The notes: generated from the sequence alone by a model not told the origin. A stretch of DNA of 64,000 bases from Camelus dromedarius (GCF_036321535.1 NC_087437.1:77378001-77442000); one strand, 5' to 3'; positions 50,756 to 63,173 are shown, counted from the first letter of the stretch. Made by a program: numbers and translations.

Positions 50756-52114
50756 TTTTAAGAACCATATTTAACATTTCAACAATTTCTTATTAAACTT
50801 TATGTATAAAGTTAAGATGAAAGCATGCAGCCAGATCTCCCTGAGAATAATTTTTATCTTGACTTCTCTCAGATACTTGCAAGTATATTGCGAAGTTGTC
50901 TTTTAATATGCTGTATGGTTTTCAGAAATAATTTTATTGCCATTTTTTAAACTTTTCTGAAAAAACTAATTTAACAAAGTTAGAACTTAGATTCCACAAA
51001 AACTTAATTTTGATTTCTAAATAGGTTATTATGTCAGTCTTGAAGTGGATTTTATTGCTTTGAATAGTATTTTCAATTTTTATCAAAATATTTTGTATTT
51101 ATATATCTTAGGCTATCTGTTTTGAAGAACCTGCCATGTTCTGATTGCTAACATTTGATATGTACCCAAATAGTCATAGTGTCATAAATTAGTATGTAAA
51201 TAGAAAGGATATACATTATTATATTATAATTCCATTTTCATTGCCTTTTTATAAACTTACTTTTTTCCTGCTTTATTCTAGAAAATAAGGGTGAACAAGT
51301 TAGCTTTACATTTCATAGGATCATCATGACTGTATTTTCACAAAGATAAAAGTATAGACTGTCCTGTGCAATACTGGAAAACAATACTGGATAGTGATGT
51401 TGCAGAACTGTGTGCTAAATTTTATAAAGATGTTTTGAGATAAGCTGTGAGTTTAGAGTGTATGCAAAATTGACCTTAATATCATGGTTGATTGTGACCC
51501 AACTACACACACAAAGGTCTGGTCTAAACACTCCTTACATGTTGTCAAGGGGCTGGTGTTTCACCTCATCTCGACTCTGCAGTCTTTATTTAACCTTTAA
51601 GAAGCCTTCCTTGAGCAAATATTTAAAAACTTTTAAAAGCTAGAAGGAGAATTTTTTTGATCAATAAGAAATAGTACCTCATTTCTGGCTTATTCATTGA
51701 GAATTATTTCTTTCTTGAAAATTTACAAATTCACATTAATTAGCTCCAGGTAAAGCCTCAAAAAAAACCATTGTAATCATTTTTCATTCATGTTTGATTA
51801 TTCTTAAATAGTAGGAAAACTGTTTTCAGTGATTAGCCTCATGTTTTTAGTTTCAAGTTTTTGTTGATGCTCTCAAAATTTTTTCCTTATAAATAGTACT
51901 TAAGTATTCAATGTTAACTTGAGTAAGAACTTAATCTTAGAACTATGAGAAAATTTTAAACTTGGTCATTTTAGTCAATTTAAATTCTCCCTGGTTTCCA
52001 CTGAATATTAATACTGGACGTTGCTCTATATTTAAATCGACTAAAATGTGTATTTTTTAGTGGTCACTAGTTTTCCTAAATGTTTTTACTTGGATAGCAG
52101 TAGAAAGACAATAG

Positions 52115-52310
52115 TATCATTTATTAAGTGTTTTTAATATGTCGTCTTAAGTACTTCACATAAATTATCTCATTTAATTATTAGAGCAGCTCCATGTAAT
52201 AAATACCATTTTAAAACCAATTTTCCAGGAAAAAAAAATGGCTAAGAAGACTAGAACAATCTGACCAAGGCCACAGCTTACAAGAGTTAGAGTCAGAATT
52301 TAAACACAAG
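52115..52310 (-). mobile_element. MIR fragment
   Basis: catttattaagtg...ttatctcatttaat...ccaaggccacagcttacaagagttagagtcagaatttaaac. Confidence 0.7.
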
Positions 52311-52898
52311 TGGAAACCTATAAAGTTTACATCTGATCAATCTAGTTTAATAATAAAAGCCACATGAGATCAAGAGAGGTGAATGATGAGAAATGTGGCT
52401 AAAGGTTTTGAAATTATCTCCATCTGTGATGAATGAACTATATTATGAAAGGTTTTTTATTATGATGATGATGGAATTTTGCTTAATTCCAATCTGAAAA
52501 AAATGACCTAAAGGAAATGATTACGACAGGGAGAAGGGAACTTGGTTTTTGAATCATGAAGACAAGCCAGATAATGCTATCTCCAATGATTTCAGCTTTA
52601 ATCAAAGGTTACACTGAGGTACTTGAATTCTGAGGAAAAAAATCAGGGAAATGTGTGTAATAGAAGCTATCCAGCAGGTATGAATGTATATTCCTACAGA
52701 CCAGTACCTTTTCCAAATCAGATGACTTTGGGAGTACTCTGGTTTCCAGAAGCACAATAGGACAAGGGGAAAAATGAAGTAGTAGAGATGATCTGTAGGA
52801 ATTCTATGAGCTAAAGAGAAGTTGTTTTATGTGCTTATTCTCAAAGTCCAGATATCATCCCTCCAGATTCTAAGACTAGTTGTAATGCATAACATCTT

Positions 52899-54859
52899 TT
52901 TTTCCCCATAGTTAGCTCACAATGTTGTGTCAATTTCTGGTGTATAGCACAATGTCCCAATCATGCATATACATACATATATTCATTTTCATATTCTTTT
53001 TCATTATAGATTACTACTAGATATTGAATACAGTTCCCTGTGCTATACAGAAGAAACTTGTTGTTTATCTATTTTATATATAGTACTTAGTATGTGCAAA
53101 TCTCAAACTCCCAATTTATCCCTTCCTACCCCCTTTCCCCACTGGTAACCATAAGTTTGTTTTCTATATCTGTGAGTCTGTTTCTGTTTTGTAAACAAGT
53201 TCATTTGTCTTTTTAGATTCTATATATAAGTGATATCATGAATGGTATTTTTCTTTCTCTTTCTGGCTTTCTTCACTTAGAATGACAATCTCCAGGTCCA
53301 TCCATGTTACTGCAAATGGCATTATTTTATTCTTTTTGATAGCTGAGTAGTATTCCATTGTATAAATAGACCACAACTTCTTTATCCAGTCATCTGTCAG
53401 TGGACATTTAGGTTGTTTCCATGTCTCGGCTATTGTAAATAGAGCCACTGTGAACACTGGGGTGCATGTATCCTTTTGAATTAAGGTTCCCTCTGGATAT
53501 ATGCCCAAGAGTGGGATTGCTGGATCATATGGTAAGTCTATTTTCAGTCTTTTGTGGAATTTCCATACTGTTTTCCATAATGACTGCACCAAACTACATT
53601 CCTACCAGCAATATAAGTGGGTTCCTTTTCTGCACACCCTTGCAGCATTTATTGTTTGTGGACTTTTGAATGATAGCCATTCTGGCTGATATGATGTGAT
53701 ACTTAATTGTGGTTTTGATTTGCATTTCTCTGATAATTAGCAATATTGAACATTTTTTCATGTGCCTGTTGTCCATTTGTATGTCTTCATTGGAGAATTG
53801 CTTGTTTAGGTCTTCTGCCCATTTTTGGATTGGGTTGTTTGTTTTTTTCTTATTAAGTTGTATGAGCTGTTTATATATTCTGGAAATTAAGCCCTTGTCA
53901 GTCTCATCTTTTACAAATATTTTCTCCTATTCTTTAGGTTGTCTTTTTGTTTTGCTTATGGTTTCCTTTGCTGTGCAAAAGCTTATAAGTTTAGTTAGGT
54001 CCCATTTGTTAATTTTTGCTTCCATGCCTATTGCCTGGGTAGACTGCGCTAGGAGAACATTGCTAAGATTTATGTCAGAGAATGTTTTGCCTATGTTTTT
54101 TTCTAAGAGGTTTATAGTGTCTTGTCTTATGTTTAAGTCTTTAAGCCATTTTGAGTTAACTTTTGTGTATAATGTGAGGAAGTATTCTAACTTCATTAAT
54201 TTACATACAGCTGTCCAGTCTTCCCAGCACTATTTGCAGAAGTGACTGTCTTTACTCCATTGTATATTCTTGCCTCCTTTGCCAAAGATTAATTGACCAA
54301 GGTCTAAAAGAATTCAGCAAGGTAGCAGGATATAAGATTAACATACAGAAATCAGTTGCATTTCTTTACACTAACAATGAAATATCAGAAAAGGAAAGTA
54401 AAGAAATAATCCCTTTTAAAATTGCATCCAAAAAAAATACTTAGGAATAAATCTGACCAAAGAAGTGAAATACTTATTCACAGAGAACTACAAAACATTG
54501 ACTAAGGAAATTGAAAATGACTTAAAGAAATGGAAAGATATCCTATGTTCTTAGATTCCAAGAATTAATATTGTTAAAATGGCCATACTTCCCAAAGCAA
54601 TCTACAGACCTAATGTGATCTCTATCAAATTACTCACGACATTTTTTGCAGAACTAGAACAAATAATCCTAAAATTTATATGGAATCACAAAAGACCCAG
54701 AATTGCCAAAGCAATGCTTACGAAAAAGAATGAAGTAGGAGGAATAAGCCTCCCAGACTTCAGACAATACTACAGAGCTACAATAATCAAAACAGCATGG
54801 TATTGGCACAAATCCAGACGTCTGGATCAATGGAACAGAATAGAGAGTCCAGAAAAAAG
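52899..54859 (-). mobile_element. Young L1, 5'-truncated and 5'-inverted (52899-54299 minus, ~54305-54856 plus)
   Basis: ORF2 C-terminal fragments on minus ([42 protein letters not shown]) and an upstream ORF2 fragment on plus ([43 protein letters not shown]); perfect 12-bp TSD gcataacatctt at 52887-52898 and 54860-54871. Confidence 0.96.
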
Positions 54860-55945
54860 GCATAACATCTTGATGTAGCCTCAGTCCCGTGATGTTTGCA
54901 AGAGCAGTAGTGGGACAGGGGCTGCTTCAGAGTCCTTAGGTAGGCAGATGAACCAAGGCAGTTCTTCTGCTAATAACTTTTGTCACTGACCTTAGCTTGG
55001 GGAAATATTCAATTGTATAGACACTTGGAATGTTTTCCCATGTCACTGAATGAGTGAAAAACTGAAATCTTTGTTCCTTGGGTTGTTTGCCCAGACTAGG
55101 AACCAGGACATTAAACTCAGTCCCCTTTTGATCTAAGTGCCTCATCTCTGACTCCTATTCCTCTAAATTAGAATTTGCCCATCTGTGACTGTCACAGAAT
55201 GAACTATGAAGCAGATTTACTGCAAAAAAGATTAGAGACTGAGTTCACACTTTTTAGGTGTAGAAAAATAAAGTGAGAAACTATCAAGGATGTATGGTAA
55301 AAATATTTTTCAACACAATTTAGTTTGTATTACTTTTAAGTAATTTTAAGGGAAGTTAAATAGAAATAAAGCAACTAGTAAAAAAAATGTCACCTTAGAG
55401 CAAGAATTGAGAAGAAAACAAATTTTTAAGTTCTGCATTGGTTATGGCTAGGTTACTTTGCTTGAAAATTTTGGATTATATTGAATTAAAGAATTAACCA
55501 ATGAGAAATAACTGAATCTATTTAAATTTGAATTTATTTAATAAGTAAGTTGATGCAATTTTTTTCATAAGTATCTCTTTATGTATTGCTTAGGAGTTCA
55601 GGATAATAGAGTTTAGTCATTTTTTCCTATGCAATAAAGTAGCCATTAGCCATACATCACATTTGTTTGCATTTTAGTTAAGTTAATTAATTTGAGAATT
55701 TAATAAAAATTTACTCAATATCATTATTCATCAGAGAAATGCAAGTCAGTATTGCAATGAGACATCACTTCACCTCACACTTTTCAGAATGACTATCATT
55801 AAAAAGATAAGAAGTAACAAGTGTTAGGATGTGGAGAAAAGGGAGCCCTCATGCACTGTTGGTGGGAGTGTAAACTGGTGCGAACATTATGGAAAAATTA
55901 AAATTAGAACTATCATATGATCCAGCAATTCTTCTTTTGAGTATT

Positions 55946-56043
55946 TTTTTTATTGAAGTGCAGTCAATTACAATGTGTCAATTTCTAGTGTACAGCATAA
56001 TGTCCCAGTCATGCATATACATACATACATATATTTGTTTTCA
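55946..56043 (-). mobile_element. ~100-bp 3' stub of a young L1 nested in the older L1
   Basis: ttttattgaagtgcagtcaattacaatgtgtcaatttctagtgtacagcataatgtcccagtcatgcatatacatac matches the 3'UTR at 52910-52990; candidate TSD tgagtatt / tgagtact at 55938-55945 and 56044-56051. Confidence 0.85.
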
Positions 56044-56186
56044 TGAGTACTAATTCAAAATAAGTAAAAACACTAACTCAAAAAGGTATCTGCATTCCCA
56101 TGTTCACTGCAGCATTATTTACAAAAGCCAAGACATGGAAGCAATCTAAGTGTCCATTGATGGATGAATGAATAAATAAGTCATGG

Positions 56187-56189
<3 letters not shown>

Positions 56190-56241
<52 letters not shown>
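56190..56241. repeat. (AC)26 perfect microsatellite
   Basis: direct reading. Confidence 0.98.
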
Positions 56242-56244
<3 letters not shown>

Positions 56245-56624
56245 AATGTTATACAGTCTTAAAAAGAATGAAATTTTGCAATTTGCAAAAACATGGATAG
56301 ACCTTGAGAACATCGTGCTAATTGAAGTATCAGACAGAAAAAGACAAATACCGTATGATCTCTTTTATGTGGGGAATCTTAGAAAACAAAAACAAGAACA
56401 AGCTCTTATCATAGATACAGATTGTTGGTTGCTAGAGACAAAGGGTGAGGGGGTGGGAGAAATGGGTGATGACAGTCAAAAAAGAAACATAAACTTTAAA
56501 ACGTAGTTCTTCACTAGCATTAGCCAACTTTTAAGTACTTACCAGGCACATATGGTTAGTGGGTACCTCATTGGATCACCAAGAGCAACCATTTCTATGC
56601 TTGCTGAAAGTTCAGTTGGACTAG

Positions 56625-56790
56625 TTTAGTGAAAACAGCATGGGTTCTAAATTTAGACAAATCTTGGCTTGTATCTTCACCTATATCACTTCCTTGGGAG
56701 CCGATTCATTTATCAGATGCACAAATTTGATTTTTAATATAGAAATAATACTTCCTACTTCTTATCATTAATGTTAGGATTAAATGTTGT
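56625..56790 (+). mobile_element. MIR fragment
   Basis: agtgaaaacagcatgggttctaaatttagacaaatcttggcttgtatc...taatacttcctactt...aggattaaatg. Confidence 0.6.
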
Positions 56791-56829
56791 GTCCTAAGTC
56801 AGGAAAGCCCAGTTTAGGGCAGGCAATAT

Positions 56830-57075
56830 TATAAGAAAGTTCAAAGCATGGGCTCTGGAATCAGACGAGCTTGAGTTTGAATCCAAGTGCTGTATTTACT
56901 AGCTTTATGATTTGGGCAAACTACTTAATTTTTTAAACGTCAGTTCCTTTAAATCAGGATAATGACACCTACCTCATGGGGATATGGTAAGGGTTAAGGG
57001 GTTATCTGGGAAAATACAAGTATAAACCTTTGCGTAGTGCGTGGTAAGTACGCAAAAAATGCAAGCTAGTAAGTA
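56830..57075 (+). mobile_element. MIR SINE
   Basis: agcatgggctctggaatcagacgagcttgagtttgaatcc...tactagctttatgatttgggcaaactacttaa...cctacctcatgggg. Confidence 0.88.
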
Positions 57076-57830
57076 TCAAAATATTAGTTACCTATCATAC
57101 CTAAGGCAAACCCATATGCTACAAAAACTCCCATAAATTCCATAAACCAAAATTTGAAAAAAAAAGCTGTCAGGTGCAGAATTAATAATGATAGATGTCA
57201 CTGCTGTTATTGAGTGAGATACTCTATTCATTCAATTCAGCGTTACTAAAATAAAGTCTTTTTCTCAACATTTTCCTAATCATCAGTGTTTTAAATAATG
57301 CTTTTTATTTCATAAAGTATGTTTACCTATGTGAGAAGAAATTATTAAATAACCATTTTTGATGTTAAACTCAATAGAGTAGGATTTCTTTGCTGTAATT
57401 TCAGTTTTTTAAGTAAACCTTCCTCCCACCATATACTAAGGCATCTTAATGGATAATGGGCAGTTTTCATACCTCATCTCAATTTTGAAAGATGATTTTC
57501 ATTGTACGTTTCATGATCACAGGTTAAATGTTGAGAGTTAAATGTTGAAATGGTGTGAGGATGGGATTACTTTATTTTTAGACATTTCTATGCAAGCACA
57601 TTAAGTTTACTCCACAGAAAGGCCTTCAATGGCTTTAAAATCTTCTTGGAAAAGGCCTGAAACTTAAAAAGAATGATTTCCATGCATTGGTTGGTTTGTG
57701 GTTTTACCACCATGATTTTTATATGATGATTCTTTAAAGATAGTATTGAAACTTTATACTATGAGCTTTCATATTCTCATTTCAATCTATAAATTTTTAT
57801 ACTGAATATACTTTATTAACCATATTAGGG

Positions 57831-57856
57831 TGTGTGTGTGTGTGTGTGTGTGTGTG
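57831..57856. repeat. (TG)13 microsatellite
   Basis: direct reading. Confidence 0.97.
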
Positions 57857-58669
57857 CACGCATATGGCTTGGAGCAACTGTATAAAAGAAATTTAAGGTG
57901 AAAAAATAAGTGAATATCAGTTTAGTAATAAATTGTAATACTAATGTGGTTTATGTAGAAAGAATAGTTAAAATGGAAGATAAAACTGCTTTAAAATGTA
58001 AAGCATTCTGACTAGAAAATATGTGCAAAGCATTTGGTAGAGTATAATTATTACAAACACTATTTTAAAAACTTAAACTTAGTGTTTTTGCAGAAAGGAA
58101 AAAAATGTGATGTCAGCAATTCAAAATCATAGTTTCTAGGTTGACTGTCATGGAAATAAATACAGTCAGTACTATGGTAAGTTGTCTTAGCTTAAAGTTT
58201 CTAGAACACCCGTGTTTAACCTTCTCAAGAAATGGTTAAGATAGTTCCTGAGATGAAAGATTACCATTGCAGTAAAAGCCAACTTAAAGCTTTCCAGGGC
58301 TTCTACTTTTGTACTGACAGTATGTATTATTAATTTAGATAAGCTTCATCTTTATCCAGACTTTAGCCAGGTTATGAATTGCTCGTCATACTCGAGTAGA
58401 GAAAGCACAAATTTTTAACAAGCATTTGTGCTTATTGCCACTAGATCATAATTTTAAAATCCTTGTCCTATTATTTTGTCACTTAAAAAAATGAAGCATT
58501 CTTAAAAGGTAAGGGGAGAAGACTTTATAAAATCTCTATTTTTTGGCTGCCTTCTCAAAAAAAGATATGGGAAAATGGAAAAAAATATAAAACACATAGG
58601 AAAGTATTTGCCCTTCATAAACTCTATCTATATAGAAAAAAGGGAAAGGAATGAAACAATTCTTTAAAT

Positions 58670-59345
58670 ATATTTATTGAAATTATTTGTGTCCAAATCC
58701 CTGCTATTAATTTCTGTAGTCTATACAGTGACAAATATCAAAGAGTTCCTGGATATAAAAAAGGTAGTCTAGAAAAGAAAGTAAAATTTATGCTTGACAA
58801 AAAAGAAGTGATAGGGGAAGCGCATTACAGGTGAAGTCCCAGAAGTGGTCAACACGGGGCACGTAGTGCATACACAAAATATTTCAGGTTGCTTGGAATG
58901 GAAAATGTTAAAAAGAGAGTGTTTCAAGTTAATTGAGAAAATTCTCATTGAGTCAAGATCATAGAGAACCTTCATGCTAATAGTTGGGAATCCTAAAATC
59001 ATATTGATCACAGGAGCAACCAGAACATTGTTTTTGGAAGACTAGAAGAAAAATTGAGGCAAAAAGAGATTAGATGCAGAAACCAACTGGGTGATTTTGC
59101 AATAGCCCAGAGACGGGAATGGTATTAGGAAGGTTTATGGGAAATGTGCTTTGGAGGTAGGATCACTGAAAGCTGGCAAACAATTGGACGGAGATGATAG
59201 CAGGAGAGAAAGAGAGAAGCCGCAGAAGTTGAACATTTGGGCCTGGCGTTTAGGAGATGATGCTAACACCAACAGCCTTAGAGAATTTAGAAATGTTAGT
59301 ATTTTGGGGTGAACTAATGTGTTGAAATGGTGAGTTTAATTTTTA
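58670..59345 (-). mobile_element. L2 fragment
   Basis: tatttattgaaattatttgtgtcc...ttgcaatagcccagagacggg...tttggaggtaggatcactg. Confidence 0.55.
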
Positions 59346-59686
59346 TTTATACTTTTCACAGGTATTTATTGATATCCTATTATGTGCCAGAAACCGAGCT
59401 AAGTGCTGGGGATAAAACACTGTATGAGAAGAGAGAGCTTACATTCTGTTGAGGAAGACAGTGGGGCTATTTGATAATGCAAGCAAATATAAACCTAAAA
59501 GTGTAACAAATATGACAAGCACTGTGAAGGGGAGATACCTAGTTACACTGGAGGCTCCAGTAAATGGGGTGCTTTCAGTGATTTAGGGGAGCGCTCCTCC
59601 CACTAAAATGACTCTTTCACCTGAAACCTGAAGACTAGGCGTTGGAAGTCAAGTAGAAAAAGAGGGCAGCAAGGGGACTTCTAAGC

Positions 59687-59714
59687 TGTGTGTGTGTGTG
59701 TGTGTGTGTGTGTG
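59687..59714. repeat. (TG)14 microsatellite
   Basis: direct reading. Confidence 0.97.
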
Positions 59715-60269
59715 TTGTAAAAACAGCCACCATCACTGCTGCAACACCCTGTGGCGAGGAGGAGGGTGGCATGTGTGAGAAACAGGAAGACAGCCATGTT
59801 GCTGAAGTAGAGACACTGAGAGGAGGGGAGGCGTGATCTTGGACAAGAGCGGCAAGAAAGAGCTAAACCATACAGACCCTTGTAGTTTGTGTTAAAGGTC
59901 TCTTACCCTAAGAGCAATAGGACGGCATTGAAGATATTTAAGCATGAAAGTACCATAATCAGAGGATGAGGGGGTAGCACGGACTAGTGCGGTGGTCGGA
60001 GACAGGGGAGAAGTGAGCAGGTTCAAGAAATGTTTCAGAGGTAAAAAAGAGTAGTATTTTATGATAGAATGCAAGTTGTGCGTTAGGGAGAAGGAAGGGT
60101 TGAGATGAGTTCTATATTTTTGAATTACCTATGAGGATGGCTAAGATGGGGATCAGTGGAGAAGTCCCACATAAGAGGAGGCAACTATGAGCTGCATTTT
60201 GTAATATGCAATTTAAGGTATGAAGAGGATTTCCAAATAATGTATTCATAGTTATTAAAACTGAAGAAG

Positions 60270-60825
60270 TTACCATAACAGTATTTTTCTTTCTCTTTCT
60301 GGCTTACTTCACTTAGAATGACAATCTCCAGGCCCATCCGTGTTACTGAAAATGGCATTATTTTACTCTTTTTTATGGCTGAGAAATATTCTGTTGTATA
60401 AATATACCACATCTTCTTTATCCAGTCATCTTTCAATGGACATTTAGGTTGCGTCCATGTCTTGGCTACTGTATATCACTCATATGTGGAATCTAAAAAA
60501 AAAAAAAAGAGGACATTAATGAACTCATCTACAAAACAGAAACACACACACAGATATAGTAAACAATCTTACAGTTACTTGGGGAAAGGAGGTGGGAAGG
60601 GATAAATTTGAGAGTTTGAGATTTGCAAATGTTAGCCACTATATATAAAAATAGATTAAAACAATGTATTCTGTATAGCACAGGGAACTATATTCAATAT
60701 TTTATAAAAAACCTTTATGAAAAAGAATATGAAAACAAATATATGTATGTATATGCATGATTGGGACATTGTGCGGTACACCAGAAATTAACAAATTATA
60801 ACTATATGTCAATAAAAAATATAAA
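60270..60825 (+). mobile_element. Young L1 3' end with 5' inversion (60281-60473 minus, 60474-60825 plus)
   Basis: Minus part encodes the ORF2 end (WIKKMWYIYTTEYFSAIKK..EIVILSEVSQKEKEKY); plus part is the 3'UTR with caataaa and an A tail; 13-bp TSD aaaactgaagaag at 60257-60269 and 60826-60838 on a TT|AAAA site. Confidence 0.94.
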
Positions 60826-61859
60826 AAAACTGAAGAAGAAATGCTCAGGCTCATGAAATAGGTGAAAAATGCAGGTAAAGACTTGAAAGTCCCTGGTAGG
60901 GAAGCCATAGTTGAAGCCATTAGAATAGATAAAATCCTAAAGCAGAATACAGAGTAAGATGAGGGAGACTAAAGACAGAACTTTAGGGAATATTTATCTG
61001 AAGAAACAGAAGGAAGACATCCCTGGGAAGGTGGCAGGGAAGGAATAATCACAGAGAGGACTAGAGTCTGAATAATGAGATACCATAGAGATTCATGGAG
61101 ACACAGTCGCCCACAGTGTTCATGTACAATCCTTGTTATTTAATCATATGAACGGCATCAAAATATGCAAAATTGCCTTTGTCTTCTAGACACCCTTTCC
61201 CACACTCCAACACACACACACACACACGCTCCCTTGCTATGTAAGTATAAGTAAATGGTTATGTAATATGGTTATATTCCTTAATAACAAGTCTGTATTT
61301 AGACCAACAGATTCTTACTATATTCTACTAAGATCTAAAAAAATCAGAAGTGAAAAATCATCTTTAGCTTTAAGTATCAAGAGACTATAGCTTTTGTTTG
61401 TCCGAACTGAACTTGTTGAGATGCTGTGGCATCGGGCCAGTTTAACTCGACAATGGGCGGTATCAGTGTGTAACAACAGTCACGGGCTTACATGGAAACT
61501 ATAAAAGGATACTTGCTGCATTGTTCATGCCCTTGGAATGCTCCTTCCTTCCTTTCCTGTTTTGTTGCTGCTATAGGATGTCAGCTCAAGTTTACTGTCA
61601 TTATTATTGTTTGGCCAGTGAATATCATGAAATGTAGTAGGCGCTTAACCTTGTGTGCGTTCACAAACAGGCAGTCTGAAATCTGACTCCTCTAAGGAGG
61701 TTATCGGGTTGGATGAATGTTCTTGGAATACAAATGTGACAGTGAGGTCTGTCTTTTTTTTTTCCCCCAAGTGAAATGTACCCTTCAAAATTGCTTTCCA
61801 TTTCATATAAAAATTATGGTTTTAAAGAAATACAACCTGCTTTCTCATCAGTTTGGGGG

Positions 61860-62197
61860 TTTTTTTTCTTTTTTTAAATTTTTATTGAGGTATAGTCATT
61901 TTACAATGTTGTGTCAATTTCTGGTGTACAGCACAGTGCTTCAGTCATGTGAGAACATACATATATTCGTTTTCATATTCTTTTTCACCATAAGTTACTA
62001 TAAGATGTTGAATATAGTTCCCTGTGCTATACAGCATAAAATTATTGTTTATCTATTATCTGTCTATCTATCTATATATTAGTATTTGCAAATCTCAAAC
62101 TCCCAATTTATCCCTTTCCATCCCCTTCCCCGACTCGTACCCATAAGTTTGTTTTCTATGTCTGTGGGTCTTTCGGTTTTGTAAATAAGTTTGTTTG
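61860..62197 (-). mobile_element. Young L1 3'UTR-only insertion
   Basis: T tail and ttttattgaggtatagtc; matches the 3'UTR at 52910-53210; candidate TSD tctcatcagttt / tctcataagttt at 61843-61854 and 62198-62209. Confidence 0.92.
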
Positions 62198-62302
62198 TCT
62201 CATAAGTTTTCAAAACTCATCTACAGATTTAGGTAACATCCTGAAATGCCGTAAGACTTTCCCTAAAAACAAGACCTATTTTTATGGGAAATAAGCCTAA
62301 AG

Positions 62303-62530
62303 CAGTGTTTCTTAACCTCAGCATTATTGCATTTTAGACCAGATCATTCTTTGTTGTGGGAGTTTGTCCTCTGCATTGTAGGATATTTGGCAACATCCCC
62401 GGTATCTTCATTTAGATGTTAGTGGTACTCCTCCTCCAAATTTTGATAACCAAAAATATCCTCAGACATTCTCATAGGTCCCCCTAGGGGGAGGAGGGTT
62501 TGCAAAATCACCTCAGGTTGAGAACCACTG
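62303..62530 (-). mobile_element. MER20 MITE, full length
   Basis: Terminal inverted repeats cagtgtttcttaacc...ggttgagaaccactg; decayed 8-bp TSD gcctaaag / gcctaaga. Confidence 0.92.
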
Positions 62531-62796
62531 GCCTAAGAGAAATACCTTTATGTAAAGTAAAAATAAATAGAATTTGTTAAGATATACACTATGGAAACAG
62601 AATTTAAATTTCTCTTTGTCATTCTGTCGTTATGTGTTATAATTGTACGTAAAGAATAAATACAAATTTTTAAACAGTAAAATCATCTATTTATAGTAAG
62701 ATTTTCCTAATCTTTCCTGTCCTAATGAAAAACTAGGTAAACACTCGGAGGTGGTGTTTTGGTTTTTCTGTAGAGTTTTGACTTTTCCATACCAGC

Positions 62797-62960
62797 TTCA
62801 TTCATTCATTCATTCATTCAATAAGTATTTACCAAGCTCCCTCTCTGTTCAGTGTTAAGAAAGAAATAGTGAGATAAGCAAGGTTGCTGCTGTTCTCAGA
62901 ATATACATTTGAAAGAGGGAAAATACAGTGCATAAATAAAAGAGACTCAGAAGAGTTTGA
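62797..62960 (-). mobile_element. L2 3' terminus
   Basis: (ttca)n tail then ataagtatttaccaagctccctctctg. Confidence 0.75.
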
Positions 62961-62973
62961 TGATGTAATTGAG

Positions 62974-63173
62974 CAGGCATTGGTAAACCATGTTGACCTG
63001 TTTTTGCAAATAAAGTTTTATGAGAACACAGCCACACACACTTATTTACATATTGTCTATGGCCGTTTCTCTGCTGCAGCACCGGTCAGTTGGTTGTAAC
63101 AGAGAACATACGGCCAGCGAAGCATAAAATATTTGCTGTCTAGTCTTTTACAGAAAAAAATTGCAGACTCCTG
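62974..63173 (+). mobile_element. MER58A hAT-Charlie MITE
   Basis: caggcattggtaaac...cctgtttttgcaaataaagttttatgagaacacagccac...aaaatatttgctgtctagtcttttacagaaaaaaattgcagactcctg. Confidence 0.9.

Larger units (their letters stand above)
55715..56500 (+). mobile_element. Older L1 3' end (ORF2 C-terminus and 3'UTR) with a nested younger L1 stub and a CA repeat
   Basis: tcagagaaatgcaagtc...ggatgtggagaaaagggagccctcatgcactgttggtgggagtgtaaactgg...KKNEILQFAKTWIDLENIVLIEVS. Confidence 0.9.
59350..61120 (-). mobile_element. L2 3' region interrupted by a TG repeat and an inverted L1
   Basis: gtatttattgatatcctattatgtgccagaaaccgagctaagtgctggggata...; resumes after 60838 with gttgaagccattagaatagataaaatc...gactaaagacagaactttaggg. 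Confidence 0.7.

Noticed and set aside
53236..54878. Overlapping ORFs on both strands, including the 178-aa hydrophobic ORF 53709..54245
   Set aside because: They are L1 ORF2 fragments and their T-rich antisense frames. The two orientations are explained by the 5' inversion.
58094..58176. Plus-strand exon-like segment ending ATG|gtaagt; similar segments at 26215-26307, 34218-34300 and 44337 onward
   Set aside because: Isolated splice-like signals are expected by chance in 64 kb, and they do not assemble into a recognisable protein.
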